This document shows, in pieces, positions 35,070 to 45,669 of a stretch of DNA of 64,000 bases. The notes under the pieces were generated by a model. The model was not told the DNA's origin. It saw nothing but the letters and a program-made list of their open reading frames with translations, and did no database searches. Numbering within the stretch: the first letter of the stretch is position 1; each line of letters begins with the position of its first letter. Position numbers and translations under genes: made by a program. The stretch comes from Candidatus Omnitrophota bacterium (GTDB taxonomy: Bacteria > Omnitrophota > Gorgyraeia > Zapsychrales > JANLHA01). The stretch is from contig JACKFI010000001.1 of assembly GCA_020632555.1 (NCBI GenBank), forward strand, positions 65,750 through 129,749. Reading direction: 5' to 3'.

Positions 35070-36492
35070 TTAATAATCCGCCCTGATGATCTCGAACCTC
35101 GATCAAAAGCGGCATCTGCCCAATCGCGTGCGTCGAACAGGACAAACACGGATCATAACAACGAATAGCGGCTTCCACGCGATTGAGAACACCTTCTTTG
35201 ATATCTTTACCCTTAATATATTGTTTAGCAACTTCTAGAACTGAACGATTCATCGCCGGATTATTTTGGCCAGTGGCAATCAATAAATTGATGTTCACCA
35301 ATTTCCCGCTTGCATCGGTTTTGTAATGATGAAACAAAGTCCCCCGCGGCGCTTCTGAACAACCAATGCCTTCCCAATAATTATGCCGACCGGTCACCTG
35401 CGTCTTGCTCTGGGTGACCTGCGAATCCTCGAGAATCGTTTTGCACTCTTCGACAGCTTGCATCAATTCAATCAAACGGGCGTAATGGAAATAAAACGTC
35501 CCGTGCACCGGCTGGCCTTGGCCAATGGCTTTGAATTGCTCAAACTCTTTTTGAGCAATGGGTGTTTTCATTTTGCTGGCCACGTTTAAACGCGCCAAAG
35601 GCCCAACCCGATAAAACCCGCGTTCATACCCGTGCGGCTTGTAATACGGATATTTCAAATACGACCATGGGATCACCCGCTCAGCGATATAATCCAAATA
35701 AAATTTGGGATCCACCTGATCAGCGGCAATGGTGCCGTCGGCTTCAATAAAACGCAACTTGCCGTCGTACAATTCCATTTCACCCTGCGGGCCAACAGTC
35801 CCCAAATACATCGACGGAAAATTCGCAAACGTGCTGACTTCCTGGTGATGTTCCTGATGGTATTTCTTGATCAAGTCAATACCCATTTGCGTTGTTTCAA
35901 TAGCTTCCGGCACCCAGTCCAACAAAGCTTGGCGATTTTCAGCCGTTAAAGGAAACGACATCCCGCCGGGAACAATACCCATGATGTGAATCTTTTTACC
36001 TGTCACCCGTTCGCTGAGCTCTTGCCCAAACTTGCGCAAACGAATTCCTCGGCGGGCAAGATCCGGAAATTTTTCCGCAACGCCAAGAATATTGCGTTTA
36101 ACCGGGTCGCTGTCCCAGCCCAAAATAAAATCCGGAGAAGACAAATGAAAGAAACTCAAGGCATGCGAAGAAATATGCTGCCCCAAATGAATCATCCGTC
36201 TTAAAAGATTGCCCGTATACGGAACGGTAATCCCCATAATCATTTCACATGCTTTAGCGCTGGCCACCGAATGGCTGACCGGACAAATGCCGCAAATCCG
36301 CGGCGTGATCGCTGGCATTTCAGTAAAATAACGACCTTCACAAAATTTTTCAAACCCGCGAAATTCATTGACATGAAATTGCGCGTCTTTAACCTGACTA
36401 GCATCATCCAGCATAATCGTAATTTTGGCATGACCCTCGATACGAGTCACCGGGCTAATCATAATCGTATTGGGCGGCAAATGTTTATCCAT
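35050..36492 (-). CDS. hoxH: Bidirectional [NiFe] hydrogenase large subunit
   Basis: The N-terminal site is RIEGH...RICGICPVSH. The C-terminal site DPCLSCSTH carries a cleavable extension. Confidence 0.95.
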   Translation of the reverse strand: MDKHLPPNTIMISPVTRIEGHAKITIMLDDASQVKDAQFHVNEFRGFEKFCEGRYFTEMPAITPRICGICPVSHSVASAKACEMIMGITVPYTGNLLRRMIHLGQHISSHALSFFHLSSPDFILGWDSDPVKRNILGVAEKFPDLARRGIRLRKFGQELSERVTGKKIHIMGIVPGGMSFPLTAENRQALLDWVPEAIETTQMGIDLIKKYHQEHHQEVSTFANFPSMYLGTVGPQGEMELYDGKLRFIEADGTIAADQVDPKFYLDYIAERVIPWSYLKYPYYKPHGYERGFYRVGPLARLNVASKMKTPIAQKEFEQFKAIGQGQPVHGTFYFHYARLIELMQAVEECKTILEDSQVTQSKTQVTGRHNYWEGIGCSEAPRGTLFHHYKTDASGKLVNINLLIATGQNNPAMNRSVLEVAKQYIKGKDIKEGVLNRVEAAIRCYDPCLSCSTHAIGQMPLLIEVRDHQGGLLNAIQRG

Positions 36493-37027
36493 ATTTCAAC
36501 TTCCTTTCCTGCTCTAAATTCGGAATACGGCCATTAAGAAATTCTGCCAGAACATAAAAAATCGTGTCAGCTTCCGGCGGACATCCGGGAATATAAAAAT
36601 CAATCGGGACCACTTCATGCAAAGGCACAACTTTGTCATGCAATTTTAAAAGCGTAAAATGATCCGGCGGCTGGCCTTGACCGTCATTGCTCTGGGCATC
36701 ACGATACGAGCGATTAAAAACTTCGTCTTTAGAAAAATAATTGCGCATGCCTGTCACATTGGCGGTCACCGCGCAATCCCCAAAAGCGATTAAGACCTTG
36801 CTTTTAGCGCGAATGTCCTGAATCTCATGCCAATGCTCATCGCTGGTCACCGAACCTTCCACCAAAGCAATATCCACCTGCGGGAATTCTTTCCCGTCAA
36901 CCAACGGACATTTGACAATATCCGCCAGTGCCGCCACATCTAAAATCCGTTCATCAATATCCAATAAGGACATATGACATCCTGAACATCCCCCTAACCA
37001 CACCGTCGCTAATTTCTTTTTGCTCAT
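36485..37027 (-). CDS. hoxY: Bidirectional [NiFe] hydrogenase small subunit
   Basis: Motifs are WLGGCSGCHMS and GCPP. It is 180 aa long and overlaps both neighbouring genes. Confidence 0.9.
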   Translation of the reverse strand: MSKKKLATVWLGGCSGCHMSLLDIDERILDVAALADIVKCPLVDGKEFPQVDIALVEGSVTSDEHWHEIQDIRAKSKVLIAFGDCAVTANVTGMRNYFSKDEVFNRSYRDAQSNDGQGQPPDHFTLLKLHDKVVPLHEVVPIDFYIPGCPPEADTIFYVLAEFLNGRIPNLEQERKLKYG

Positions 37028-37731
37028 GATTTCATCTCTCTTTTCTCAACAAGGTCAGATACAGCCTGCGGATACTTCTGCATCGAGCCCTGAGTTGCGT
37101 CTTTATTCCACAATGCGCCCGTCGGACATACATCCACACACTTGCCGCAATACGTGCACGTTGTCGAATCCCCCCACGGCACATTAAAGTCCGCGATAAT
37201 GCGGACCTGATACCCGCGGTTCATAATGCCCCAATTGTGCGCCCCTTCCACATCCGAACAAACCCGCACACAGCGCGTGCACATAATGCAACGATTATGA
37301 TCCATCACAAATTTTGAATGCGAAGAGTCAACCTCGCAATTTTGGAAAAGGTAAGGAAACCGAACATTTTCCATCCCGACCTTATACCCCAAATCCTGCA
37401 GTTCACAATTGCCATTGGCAATACACACCGAGCAGACATGATTTCGTTCAGCAAAAAAGAGCTCGGTAATCATCCGTCGGTATTTTTTTAATTTGTCGGT
37501 CTGGGTATGAATCACCTGATTGGCCTGCACCTTGGTTGTGCACGAGGGCAATAATTTTGACGTGCCTTCCACCTCAACCAAACACAGCCGGCAAGCTCCG
37601 ACATCCACCAAACCTTTTAAGTGGCACATCGTCGGGATATCAATGTCGTTGGCCCGGCAAACATCCAAAACCGTGGTGCCGACTTCCACTTCCAAATCTT
37701 TATCATCAATCTTAACCGAAATCTTGGGCAT
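37024..37731 (-). CDS. hoxU: Hydrogenase diaphorase subunit HoxU (2Fe-2S + 4Fe-4S, NuoG N-terminal-like)
   Basis: The Cys clusters are C..GACRLCLVE, CxxCxxC and two ferredoxin-type CxxCxxCxxxCP motifs. Confidence 0.9.
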   Translation of the reverse strand: MPKISVKIDDKDLEVEVGTTVLDVCRANDIDIPTMCHLKGLVDVGACRLCLVEVEGTSKLLPSCTTKVQANQVIHTQTDKLKKYRRMITELFFAERNHVCSVCIANGNCELQDLGYKVGMENVRFPYLFQNCEVDSSHSKFVMDHNRCIMCTRCVRVCSDVEGAHNWGIMNRGYQVRIIADFNVPWGDSTTCTYCGKCVDVCPTGALWNKDATQGSMQKYPQAVSDLVEKREMKS

Positions 37732-37746
37732 ACCTGCTCCTCTCTC

Positions 37747-39405
37747 TTAACGAGTCCCTGCTAAAGCTTGCGACTTATTGACGTAATCCTCATATTCATT
37801 GCGAAAATATCGTAAGGTGCTTAACAAAGGATTGGGCGCGGACATACCCAAACCGCACAAACTGGTTTCCTTGACAAAAACAGCCAATTCCTCCAACCGC
37901 TCTAAATCCATCGGCAAAGCTTTACGCTGACAAATCTTAGTCAGAAGGTCAAACATCATTTTGGTTCCCACGCGGCATGGCACACATTTGCCGCACGATT
38001 CGTCCATACAAAATTCCATAAAGAAACGGGCCACGTCGACCATGTCTGAGGTCTCGTCCATAACAATCAGCCCGCCTGAGCCCATAATCGACCCCAAAGC
38101 CACCAAAGATTCGTAATCCACCTTGGTATCCAAATGCTCAGCCGGAATACATCCGCCCGACGGACCGCCGGTTTGCGCGGCTTTAAACGCTTTATCCCCG
38201 GGAATGCCGCCGCCAATATCAAAAATAATCTCCCGCAAGGATGTTCCCATCGGAACTTCGATCAAACCGGAAATATTAATCTTGCCGGCCAAGGCAAAAA
38301 CCTTGGTGCCCGAACTTTTGGTGGTTCCGATTTCGCTGTACCATTCGCCGCTGCAGGCAATAATCGGCACAATGCTCGAAAATGTTTCCACATTATTGAT
38401 CAAAGTCGGCTTGCCCCACAAACCCGATTCAGCCGGAAACGGCGGACGCGGACGAGGTGTTCCTCGCTGACCTTCAATGGACGCAATCAAAGCGGTTTCT
38501 TCGCCGCAAACAAAAGCGCCAGCGCCAATCCGAATTTCCACATCAAAAGAAAAAGCACTGCCCAGAATATTGGCACCCAACAAACCAATCTTTTTGGCCT
38601 GCTTAATGGCTAACTCAAAACGTTTGATCGCCAGCGGATATTCGCCGCGAATATAAACATATCCCTTGCTAGCTCCGACAGCATAACCCGCAATGGCCAT
38701 GCCTTCCAAGACCCGATGCGGATTGCCTTCCAAAACACTGCGATCCATAAAAGCGCCGGGATCTCCCTCATCACCATTGCAAATCACGTATTTTTGATCC
38801 GCGACATATTTGTAAACCGTTTCCCATTTGATGCCCGTCGGAAAACCAGCTCCGCCGCGGCCGCGCAAACGGCTGTGTTTGATCTCGGCAATGACATCCT
38901 CGCTGGACATTTGAAACAACACTTTATCCAAAGCTTGATACCCGCCATAAAAAACATAATCCTCCAAGGATTCGGGATTCACGTCCCCGCAATCAGCCAG
39001 TACAATCTTGTGCTGTTTTTTATAAAAAGGATCTTCCTGAGAATTGATGAAAGGTTTTTCACGCGTATCCGAGAAAAGCACCATTTTTTCAATTGGCCGG
39101 TCAGCAATCAAATGCTCATCAACAATCACCGAAACTTTTTCACCCTCGACCTGTTGATAAATCGTCTGGCCGGGATTGACCTTGACCAACGGGCCCTTAT
39201 TGCATGGCCCCATACACCCGGAAGGCACCACTTCAATTTCATTCTCTTTACCTTTGAGTTTGACTTCTTCTTGCAATTTCTTTAAAACCGCTTCACTGCC
39301 CGAGGACAAACATCCCGCCCCACAACACACACAAACCTTTTGTTTAAACTGTCCGTGTTTGGTTTTCATTTGTTCTGAAATCGTTTTCAAATCGTGTCGA
39401 TTCAT
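37747..39405 (-). CDS. hoxF: Hydrogenase diaphorase subunit HoxF (NuoF-like, FMN/NAD-binding)
   Basis: It has a thioredoxin-like 2Fe-2S N-terminus, [10 protein letters not shown], a [13 protein letters not shown] region and [10 protein letters not shown]. Confidence 0.95.
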   Translation of the reverse strand: MNRHDLKTISEQMKTKHGQFKQKVCVCCGAGCLSSGSEAVLKKLQEEVKLKGKENEIEVVPSGCMGPCNKGPLVKVNPGQTIYQQVEGEKVSVIVDEHLIADRPIEKMVLFSDTREKPFINSQEDPFYKKQHKIVLADCGDVNPESLEDYVFYGGYQALDKVLFQMSSEDVIAEIKHSRLRGRGGAGFPTGIKWETVYKYVADQKYVICNGDEGDPGAFMDRSVLEGNPHRVLEGMAIAGYAVGASKGYVYIRGEYPLAIKRFELAIKQAKKIGLLGANILGSAFSFDVEIRIGAGAFVCGEETALIASIEGQRGTPRPRPPFPAESGLWGKPTLINNVETFSSIVPIIACSGEWYSEIGTTKSSGTKVFALAGKINISGLIEVPMGTSLREIIFDIGGGIPGDKAFKAAQTGGPSGGCIPAEHLDTKVDYESLVALGSIMGSGGLIVMDETSDMVDVARFFMEFCMDESCGKCVPCRVGTKMMFDLLTKICQRKALPMDLERLEELAVFVKETSLCGLGMSAPNPLLSTLRYFRNEYEDYVNKSQALAGTR

Positions 39406-39917
39406 GCCCCGACTCCCGTTTTGGTCGTAATAATATTATTGATCTGTGCTGCCGTAACCTTGGCCTTGACTTCATCATCAACGACCACCGCCGGAGCCAA
39501 ACCGCACGCGCCAATACAGCGCGCTGTTTGCACACCCAGCTGATTATCCGGCGTCACTTGACCCGGCTTAATGTGAAATTTATTCTCGATTTCATCCAGC
39601 AGCGCCTGTGCTCCTTTGACATAACACGCTGTCCCGGTGCAAACCAAACACGTGTGATCGCCCTTAGATTTTAAAGAAAAGAAATGATAAAACGTCACCG
39701 TCGAATAAACACGACTGGGCGGGACTTTCAATTCGCGGGTAATAAACGCCAAAACATTCATCGGCAAATACCCGTACGCATTCTGTGCGGTATGCAAAAT
39801 TTCGATCAGCGCGTCCTGCCGATAATTTTCTTTCTTAATCTTTGCCGCAATCAGCTTAACCCGCGGATCACTCTTGGGCAATTCAACGTCGAGAAAACTT
39901 TTTTTGGTTTTAAGCAT
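39402..39917 (-). CDS. hoxE: Hydrogenase diaphorase subunit HoxE (NuoE-like 2Fe-2S)
   Basis: The Cys pattern is CLVCTGTAC...[12 protein letters not shown] 39917 (MLKTKKSF...) avoids overlap with the upstream gene. Confidence 0.9.
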   Translation of the reverse strand: MLKTKKSFLDVELPKSDPRVKLIAAKIKKENYRQDALIEILHTAQNAYGYLPMNVLAFITRELKVPPSRVYSTVTFYHFFSLKSKGDHTCLVCTGTACYVKGAQALLDEIENKFHIKPGQVTPDNQLGVQTARCIGACGLAPAVVVDDEVKAKVTAAQINNIITTKTGVGA

Positions 39918-39930
39918 ATTCGTCCTTTTG

Positions 39931-40779
39931 TTAAACAACGGCCAAACGCCGGGCAACAATCCAAGTGAACAACCAAATGACTGCAACTCCAACTAACCTC
40001 GCACCAAATTGATAATCAGCGGTGAACGACCCCAACAAAGCCGATTGAGAATAAGCCAAACCCAAATTTCGCGCGACTGATTCTAAACCGTCGGGCGCGA
40101 CACTGGCCAAAGGCGTCAAAGCCAAAGCCCCCGCGCATAAAACCGCCAACCGCAAACCGGCTTTGCGATCATCTGTTGTGGCCAAGACTACTGATAAAAC
40201 CCGCCCCAAAACCACCGTCAATATTCCCTCACCAACCCCAATCACAGCGTGCACCGGCAACATTGCTTTGGCCATCGCGCCAAAAGCAACCGTGCCCGAC
40301 ACAGCAACTTGCGCTGTGCAAATCAAAGCCGCCAGTATCACCGAGCCAAAAGCCGCCACAGCCAAAGCCGTCGTTTGCGAAATGTGTTTGGCTTTTAAAG
40401 CATTCAACAAAAGTCCGCCGACCCCAACTCCAATCACGGCCATTGTGATCACATTCGCGCCCAAAGCATTGATACCGCCATCAGCAAAAAAGACCGCCTG
40501 CACCGCAAGAATTAAAGCCATCGACAAAATCCCCGCCGGAATTCCCAAAAGACTGGCCGCCAAAACTCCGCCAATCACATGCCCCGAAGTCCCGCTGGCA
40601 ATCGGAAAGTTCAACATCTGCAAAACAAAAATCAAAGCTGTCACACCGGCCCAACGAGACGCGGCAACTTTGTTTTCAGATTGAAAATACACGCCAGCCG
40701 CGGCCGCGACTGATACCGCACCGACGGTCAAAGTCACCGGACAAATTTGACCACCCAACATGCTGGTTGGAATATGCAT
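39931..40779 (-). CDS. cbiM: CbiM/NikM-type metal (Ni/Co) uptake membrane protein fused to a PDGLE domain
   Basis: It has an MHI N-terminus, the CbiM core (PIASGTSGHVIGGVLAA...ADGGINALGANVITMAVIG) and a C-terminal SVAPDGLESVA followed by a final TM helix. Confidence 0.8.
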   Translation of the reverse strand: MHIPTSMLGGQICPVTLTVGAVSVAAAAGVYFQSENKVAASRWAGVTALIFVLQMLNFPIASGTSGHVIGGVLAASLLGIPAGILSMALILAVQAVFFADGGINALGANVITMAVIGVGVGGLLLNALKAKHISQTTALAVAAFGSVILAALICTAQVAVSGTVAFGAMAKAMLPVHAVIGVGEGILTVVLGRVLSVVLATTDDRKAGLRLAVLCAGALALTPLASVAPDGLESVARNLGLAYSQSALLGSFTADYQFGARLVGVAVIWLFTWIVARRLAVV

Positions 40780-40868
40780 ATGCTTCTCCTCTTCATTATT
40801 TATGTATCATCACATCACATGTTAAATAAACTTAGACTAACCCCTCCAGCAGAAAACACCACAAGACT

Positions 40869-41897
40869 TTACGATCTCTTGACAGGATTATAGGTATAAC
40901 TTTCCAAAACCTTGATGTAATTAGCACGTTCAAACGCTTGCGGATTGGGACAAGATTTCTGACTCATGCTGCCCTGCATTTGCGAAACTGATTCGTATTC
41001 CCGCTCTTGCATCCATTGCGTCATTTCCGACAAAATCTGCTGTACATACTGCGGCCCATTCTTCAGCAGCGACGAACACAACATCGTCGCATTAGCGCCG
41101 ACCATCAACATTTTCAAAACATCCTGCGCGTCGTGAACTCCGCTGGTGGCAGCCAGACTACACTTAAGATGGCCGTGCAAAATCGCTATCCAGCGCAAAG
41201 GCAAACGCATCGCCTGCGGTGTCGATAACAAAACATTGGCCACCACTTCCAAGTTCTCTAAATCAATATCCGGCTGATAAAAACGATTAAACAGAACCAA
41301 ACCATCCGCGCCAGCGTCATCAAACTTTTTGGCCATATTCGCCATGGAACTGAAATACGGCGAAAGTTTGACCGCCACCGGTATGGTCACGCTGCCTTTA
41401 ACCGTTTGAAAAACATCCAAATATTGCTGTTCCACATCTGCCGCGGTCTTCGAAGCATCCGTCGGCAAATAATAAATATTCAATTCCAAAGCATCTGCTC
41501 CTGCCTCTTGAATCCGCTTGGCATATTTGATCCAGCCGCCTTTGGTAAACCCATTGAGACTGCCGATAATCGGAATCTTAACATTGCGTTTGGCCTCGGC
41601 CAAATGAACCAAATATTCATCGGGTGTCAAAACATAATTCGACGGTTCCGGAAAGAAACTTAAAGCCTCGGCATAACTTTCTGTTCCAAACGTCGCGTGA
41701 TGATGCAATTCCATCGATTCCCGCACAATTTGTTCTTCAAACAAAGAGAAGAACACCACGGCCGACGCGCCAGCCTCTTCCAACTTTTGAATTGTTTCCA
41801 ATTTGTGCGACAAAGGCGAAGCCGAAGCGATCAACGGATTTTTTAAAGTCAAACCCAAATATTTTGTCGTTAAATCAAGTGCTGTTCTCTCGCTCAT
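40869..41897 (-). CDS. Dihydroorotate-dehydrogenase-like (class-1 DHOD/DHPD TIM-barrel flavoprotein family) protein
   Basis: The N-terminal pattern is LGLTLKNPLIASASPLS and a later motif is GADGLVLFNR. Its start overlaps the PFOR stop (ATGA). Confidence 0.75.
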   Translation of the reverse strand: MSERTALDLTTKYLGLTLKNPLIASASPLSHKLETIQKLEEAGASAVVFFSLFEEQIVRESMELHHHATFGTESYAEALSFFPEPSNYVLTPDEYLVHLAEAKRNVKIPIIGSLNGFTKGGWIKYAKRIQEAGADALELNIYYLPTDASKTAADVEQQYLDVFQTVKGSVTIPVAVKLSPYFSSMANMAKKFDDAGADGLVLFNRFYQPDIDLENLEVVANVLLSTPQAMRLPLRWIAILHGHLKCSLAATSGVHDAQDVLKMLMVGANATMLCSSLLKNGPQYVQQILSEMTQWMQEREYESVSQMQGSMSQKSCPNPQAFERANYIKVLESYTYNPVKRS

Positions 41898-44800
41898 ACC
41901 TTGGTATCCTTTTGCGGTTGCGACGCTGGCTCAGCAGCCATGTCTTTATAGGTCGCCCAGCGCTTATCCACATCGCCTTGAGCCAGCGCCATCAAACGTT
42001 GAGCTTCTTCTGGATTAGTCTTGGTCAAAATCTTAAAACGATTCTGACGATACGCATACTCTTTAAATTTCATCTGCGGATCCGCGGAATCTAAAATCAG
42101 CGGATTTTTTCCTTCCTGCGCCAGCATTGGATTATACCGGAACAATGGCCAATGACCCGACTGCACGGCCGCTTTGTGCTCCTGCAAGCCAGTGGTCATA
42201 TTGATGCCATGCGCGATGCAATGGCTGTAAGCAATCACCAAAGACGGGCCGTCATAACTTTCGGCTTCCATCAAAACTTTAATGGTGTGTTCATCCTTGG
42301 CACCCAAAGCCACCGTCGCCACATACACATGGCCATAGGTCATCGCCATCCGCGGCAAATCTTTTTTGCCATACATTTTTCCACCCGCGGCAAACTTGGC
42401 CACCGCCGCCCGCGGCGTTGATTTGGACATTTGCCCGCCGGTGTTGGAATACACTTCCGTATCCAAAACCAAAATATTCACATTGCGGCCCGACGAAATC
42501 ACATGATCCAAACCGCCAAATCCAATGTCATACGCCCAACCATCACCGCCGATGATCCAAATGCTCTTTTTAATCAGCATATCGGCAATGCTCAACAAAT
42601 GTTGAGCGGCCACTGTTTTAATCGATGCCAATTTCTTTTTCAACTCTTCAACCCGCGCGGTCTGTTCATAAATTTCCGCTTCATCGGCTTGTGAAGCATT
42701 CAGAATCTGATCTACAAACTGATCTCCCAGCGTTGAGGACAAATCTTTTAACAACTCACCGGCAAATTGTTTTTGCTTATCCACCGTCAATCGAAAGCCC
42801 AAACCAAATTCGGCATTATCTTCAAACAGCGAATTGGCCCACGCCGGACCACGACCTTGCGCATTCTTCGTCCACGGCGTCGTCGGTAAATTTCCGCCAT
42901 AAATCGAAGAACAACCCGTTGCATTGGCCACCATCATGCGATCCCCAAACAATTGGGTGACCAACTTAATATACGGCGTTTCCCCACAACCCGAACATGC
43001 GCCAGAAAATTCAAACAAAGGCTGCAAATATTGCGCGCCGCGAATGCTGGCTTTTTTAATTTTGCTGCGATCGACTTCCGGCAATTTTTCAAAGAAATCC
43101 CAATTGGCACTTTCCGTTTCCAACAGCGGCGTAATCGCGTGCATATTTAAAGCCTTAACCTTAACTTCTGTTTTGCTCTTGGCTGGACAAACATCCACGC
43201 ACAAGCCGCAACCGGTACAATCCGCCGGAGAAACCTGCAAAACAAATTGAGAACCCGGCAAATCTTTGGCCGCAACATGTTTAAACGTCGTCGGTAATGT
43301 GGCAACCGCGGAAGGTTCAAACATTTTCGCGCGAATAACCGCGTGCGGACACACCGCCACGCATTTGCCGCATTGAATACATAAATCTTTTTCCCAAACG
43401 GGAATCTCGGTGGCAATATTGCGCTTTTCCCATTTGGACGTTCCCACTGGGAATGTTCCGTCCACTGGAAACTGGCTAACCGCGATGCTATTACCGCAAT
43501 GACTGACAATACGGCTGGTCACACGGTTCACAAACTCCGGTGCGCCGGTGGCAATGGCTGGTTGCAAAGCAATCTTGCTGCTGACCACGGCTGGAACATC
43601 CACCGGATGCAATTGCAAAAGTGTACTGTCCACCGCGGCAAAATTCATCTGCACAACTTCATCGCCTTTTTTCTGATAAGTTTTCTTAATGTACGTCTTG
43701 ATCGCGGCTATCGCCTCTTCTTTGGGCAAAATATCCGAAATCGCGAAGAAACACGTTTGCATAATCGTATTGATCAACCCGCCCATGCCCGCTTCTTGCG
43801 CGACTTTATATCCGTCAATCACAAAGAAACGCAACTGCTTGGCAATCATTGCTTTTTGCACCGTCTCTGGCAGTTGTGCCCAAACTTCTTTGGGGCCATA
43901 ATGCGTATTGAGCAAAAACACCGCCTTAGGCTGCGCGTATTTCAAAACATCATATTGGAAAAGGAAATTAAACTGATGGCAAGCGACAAAACTGGCTTTG
44001 GTAATCAAATACGACGAGCGAATCGGCTGCGGGCCAAAGCGTAAATGAGATATGGTCAACGAACCGGACTTCTTAGAATCATACACAAAATACCCTTGCG
44101 CGAAGTTGGGCGTATTTTCACCAATGATTTTGATCGAATTCTTATTGGCACTGACCGTTCCATCGGAACCCAAGCCATAAAAGACCGCGCGCACACCCTG
44201 TGTATTCTCTGTCGAAAAATCCTCATCATAATCCAAAGACGTGTGACCCAAATCATCTTCAATGCCAACGGTAAAATGATTTTTGGGCGTCTCTTTCTTC
44301 AATTCATCATAAATCGCCTTGACCATCGCCGGCGTAAATTCTTTGGACGACAAACCATAACGGCCGCCAATAATCGCCGGAACAGCGCCCAATTTCTTAT
44401 TCTGCGCCGCTTCAAAAACCGCATTGACCACGTCCAAATACAAAGGTTCACCGCCGCTGCCCGGTTCTTTGGTCCGATCCAAAACCGCCAAACTCTTGAG
44501 TGTCTTGGGCAGGGCCGCGACAAAATGCTCATTGGCAAACGGCCGATACAGCCGTACAATCAATAACCCAACTTTTTCGCCTTGATTGACCAAATAATCT
44601 ACGGTTTCACGAGCCGCATCCGCGCCAGAACCCATCATCACTATCACTCGCTCTGCGTCAGGCGCGCCATAATAATCAAACAGTTTATACTTCCGGCCCG
44701 TCAATTTCGCAAAATCATCCATGGCTTGTTGCGCAATGGCCGGGCACGCATTATAAAAAGGATTACTGGCCTCACGAGATTGGAAGAAAACATCCGGATT

Positions 44801-45457
44801 CTGTGCCGTCCCGCGAATCACCGGATTTTCAGGCGTCAAGCGGCGATTACGATGATCAATAATGCGCTGCTCATTGACCATCGCGCGAATATCTTCATCG
44901 GTTAAAAGCTCAATTTTATTGACTTCATGCGACGTTCTAAAACCATCAAAGAAATGTACAAAAGGAACACGCGACTCAAAAGCAATCGCGTGCGAGATAC
45001 AAGCAAAATCCATAACTTCCTGAACCGAAGATGAACACAAAAAGCCAAAACCGGTTGCTCGGGCAGCCATCACATCCGAATGATCACCAAAAATCGACAA
45101 AGCATGTGTGGCTATCGAACGAGCTGCCACATGAAAAACCACCGGCGTTAACTCACCAGCGATTTTGTACATATTAGGAATCATCAAAAGCAAACCCTGA
45201 GAAGCAGTAAACGTGGTGGACAAAGCGCCAGTCTGCAAAGCCCCGTGCACCGCGCCGGCAGCCCCGCCTTCACTTTGCATTTCCTGAACAAACGGCACTG
45301 TTCCCCAAATATTTTTAATGCCGCGGGTCGCCCATTCATCAGCCAACTCGCCCATGGTTGACGACGGGGTAATCGGATAAATCACAATCACTTCATTAAG
45401 CCGATACGCCACATACGCGGCGGCTTCATTGCCTTCAATCGTAACTTTTTTACGCAT
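41894..45457 (-). CDS. nifJ: Pyruvate:ferredoxin (flavodoxin) oxidoreductase, single-polypeptide type
   Basis: At about 1187 aa it has the full domain order, with two ferredoxin-type CxxCxxCxxxCP motifs and a GDGW TPP-binding region. I prefer ATG 45457 over the TTG at 45475. Confidence 0.95.
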   Translation of the reverse strand: MRKKVTIEGNEAAAYVAYRLNEVIVIYPITPSSTMGELADEWATRGIKNIWGTVPFVQEMQSEGGAAGAVHGALQTGALSTTFTASQGLLLMIPNMYKIAGELTPVVFHVAARSIATHALSIFGDHSDVMAARATGFGFLCSSSVQEVMDFACISHAIAFESRVPFVHFFDGFRTSHEVNKIELLTDEDIRAMVNEQRIIDHRNRRLTPENPVIRGTAQNPDVFFQSREASNPFYNACPAIAQQAMDDFAKLTGRKYKLFDYYGAPDAERVIVMMGSGADAARETVDYLVNQGEKVGLLIVRLYRPFANEHFVAALPKTLKSLAVLDRTKEPGSGGEPLYLDVVNAVFEAAQNKKLGAVPAIIGGRYGLSSKEFTPAMVKAIYDELKKETPKNHFTVGIEDDLGHTSLDYDEDFSTENTQGVRAVFYGLGSDGTVSANKNSIKIIGENTPNFAQGYFVYDSKKSGSLTISHLRFGPQPIRSSYLITKASFVACHQFNFLFQYDVLKYAQPKAVFLLNTHYGPKEVWAQLPETVQKAMIAKQLRFFVIDGYKVAQEAGMGGLINTIMQTCFFAISDILPKEEAIAAIKTYIKKTYQKKGDEVVQMNFAAVDSTLLQLHPVDVPAVVSSKIALQPAIATGAPEFVNRVTSRIVSHCGNSIAVSQFPVDGTFPVGTSKWEKRNIATEIPVWEKDLCIQCGKCVAVCPHAVIRAKMFEPSAVATLPTTFKHVAAKDLPGSQFVLQVSPADCTGCGLCVDVCPAKSKTEVKVKALNMHAITPLLETESANWDFFEKLPEVDRSKIKKASIRGAQYLQPLFEFSGACSGCGETPYIKLVTQLFGDRMMVANATGCSSIYGGNLPTTPWTKNAQGRGPAWANSLFEDNAEFGLGFRLTVDKQKQFAGELLKDLSSTLGDQFVDQILNASQADEAEIYEQTARVEELKKKLASIKTVAAQHLLSIADMLIKKSIWIIGGDGWAYDIGFGGLDHVISSGRNVNILVLDTEVYSNTGGQMSKSTPRAAVAKFAAGGKMYGKKDLPRMAMTYGHVYVATVALGAKDEHTIKVLMEAESYDGPSLVIAYSHCIAHGINMTTGLQEHKAAVQSGHWPLFRYNPMLAQEGKNPLILDSADPQMKFKEYAYRQNRFKILTKTNPEEAQRLMALAQGDVDKRWATYKDMAAEPASQPQKDTKV

Positions 45458-45669
45458 ACCTTCATCCTTTAGCAAAATGAAATTAATAAACCAACAAAAT
45501 GGCTATTGCAAAAAATCTTTTCCATTCTAACTCAAATTAGAAATTTTTCCTCAAGATTTTTTATTTTCGGCAGAAATAAACGAAAACGCGGAATAAAGCT
45601 GATTCGGTATGACAGAGAAGACGGTTTTTCATTCAACTTGTTAAAAAAAACTCCGTAACCTAAGGAAAT

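Noticed and set aside
38716-39285. Long antisense ORFs opposite well-supported genes (also 5702..6265, 40163..40684, 43499..44566, 46825..47310, 33656..34036)
   Set aside because: They overlap genes with clear family signatures on the other strand. They have low-complexity, Arg/Ile-rich compositions and no SD or recognisable motifs.
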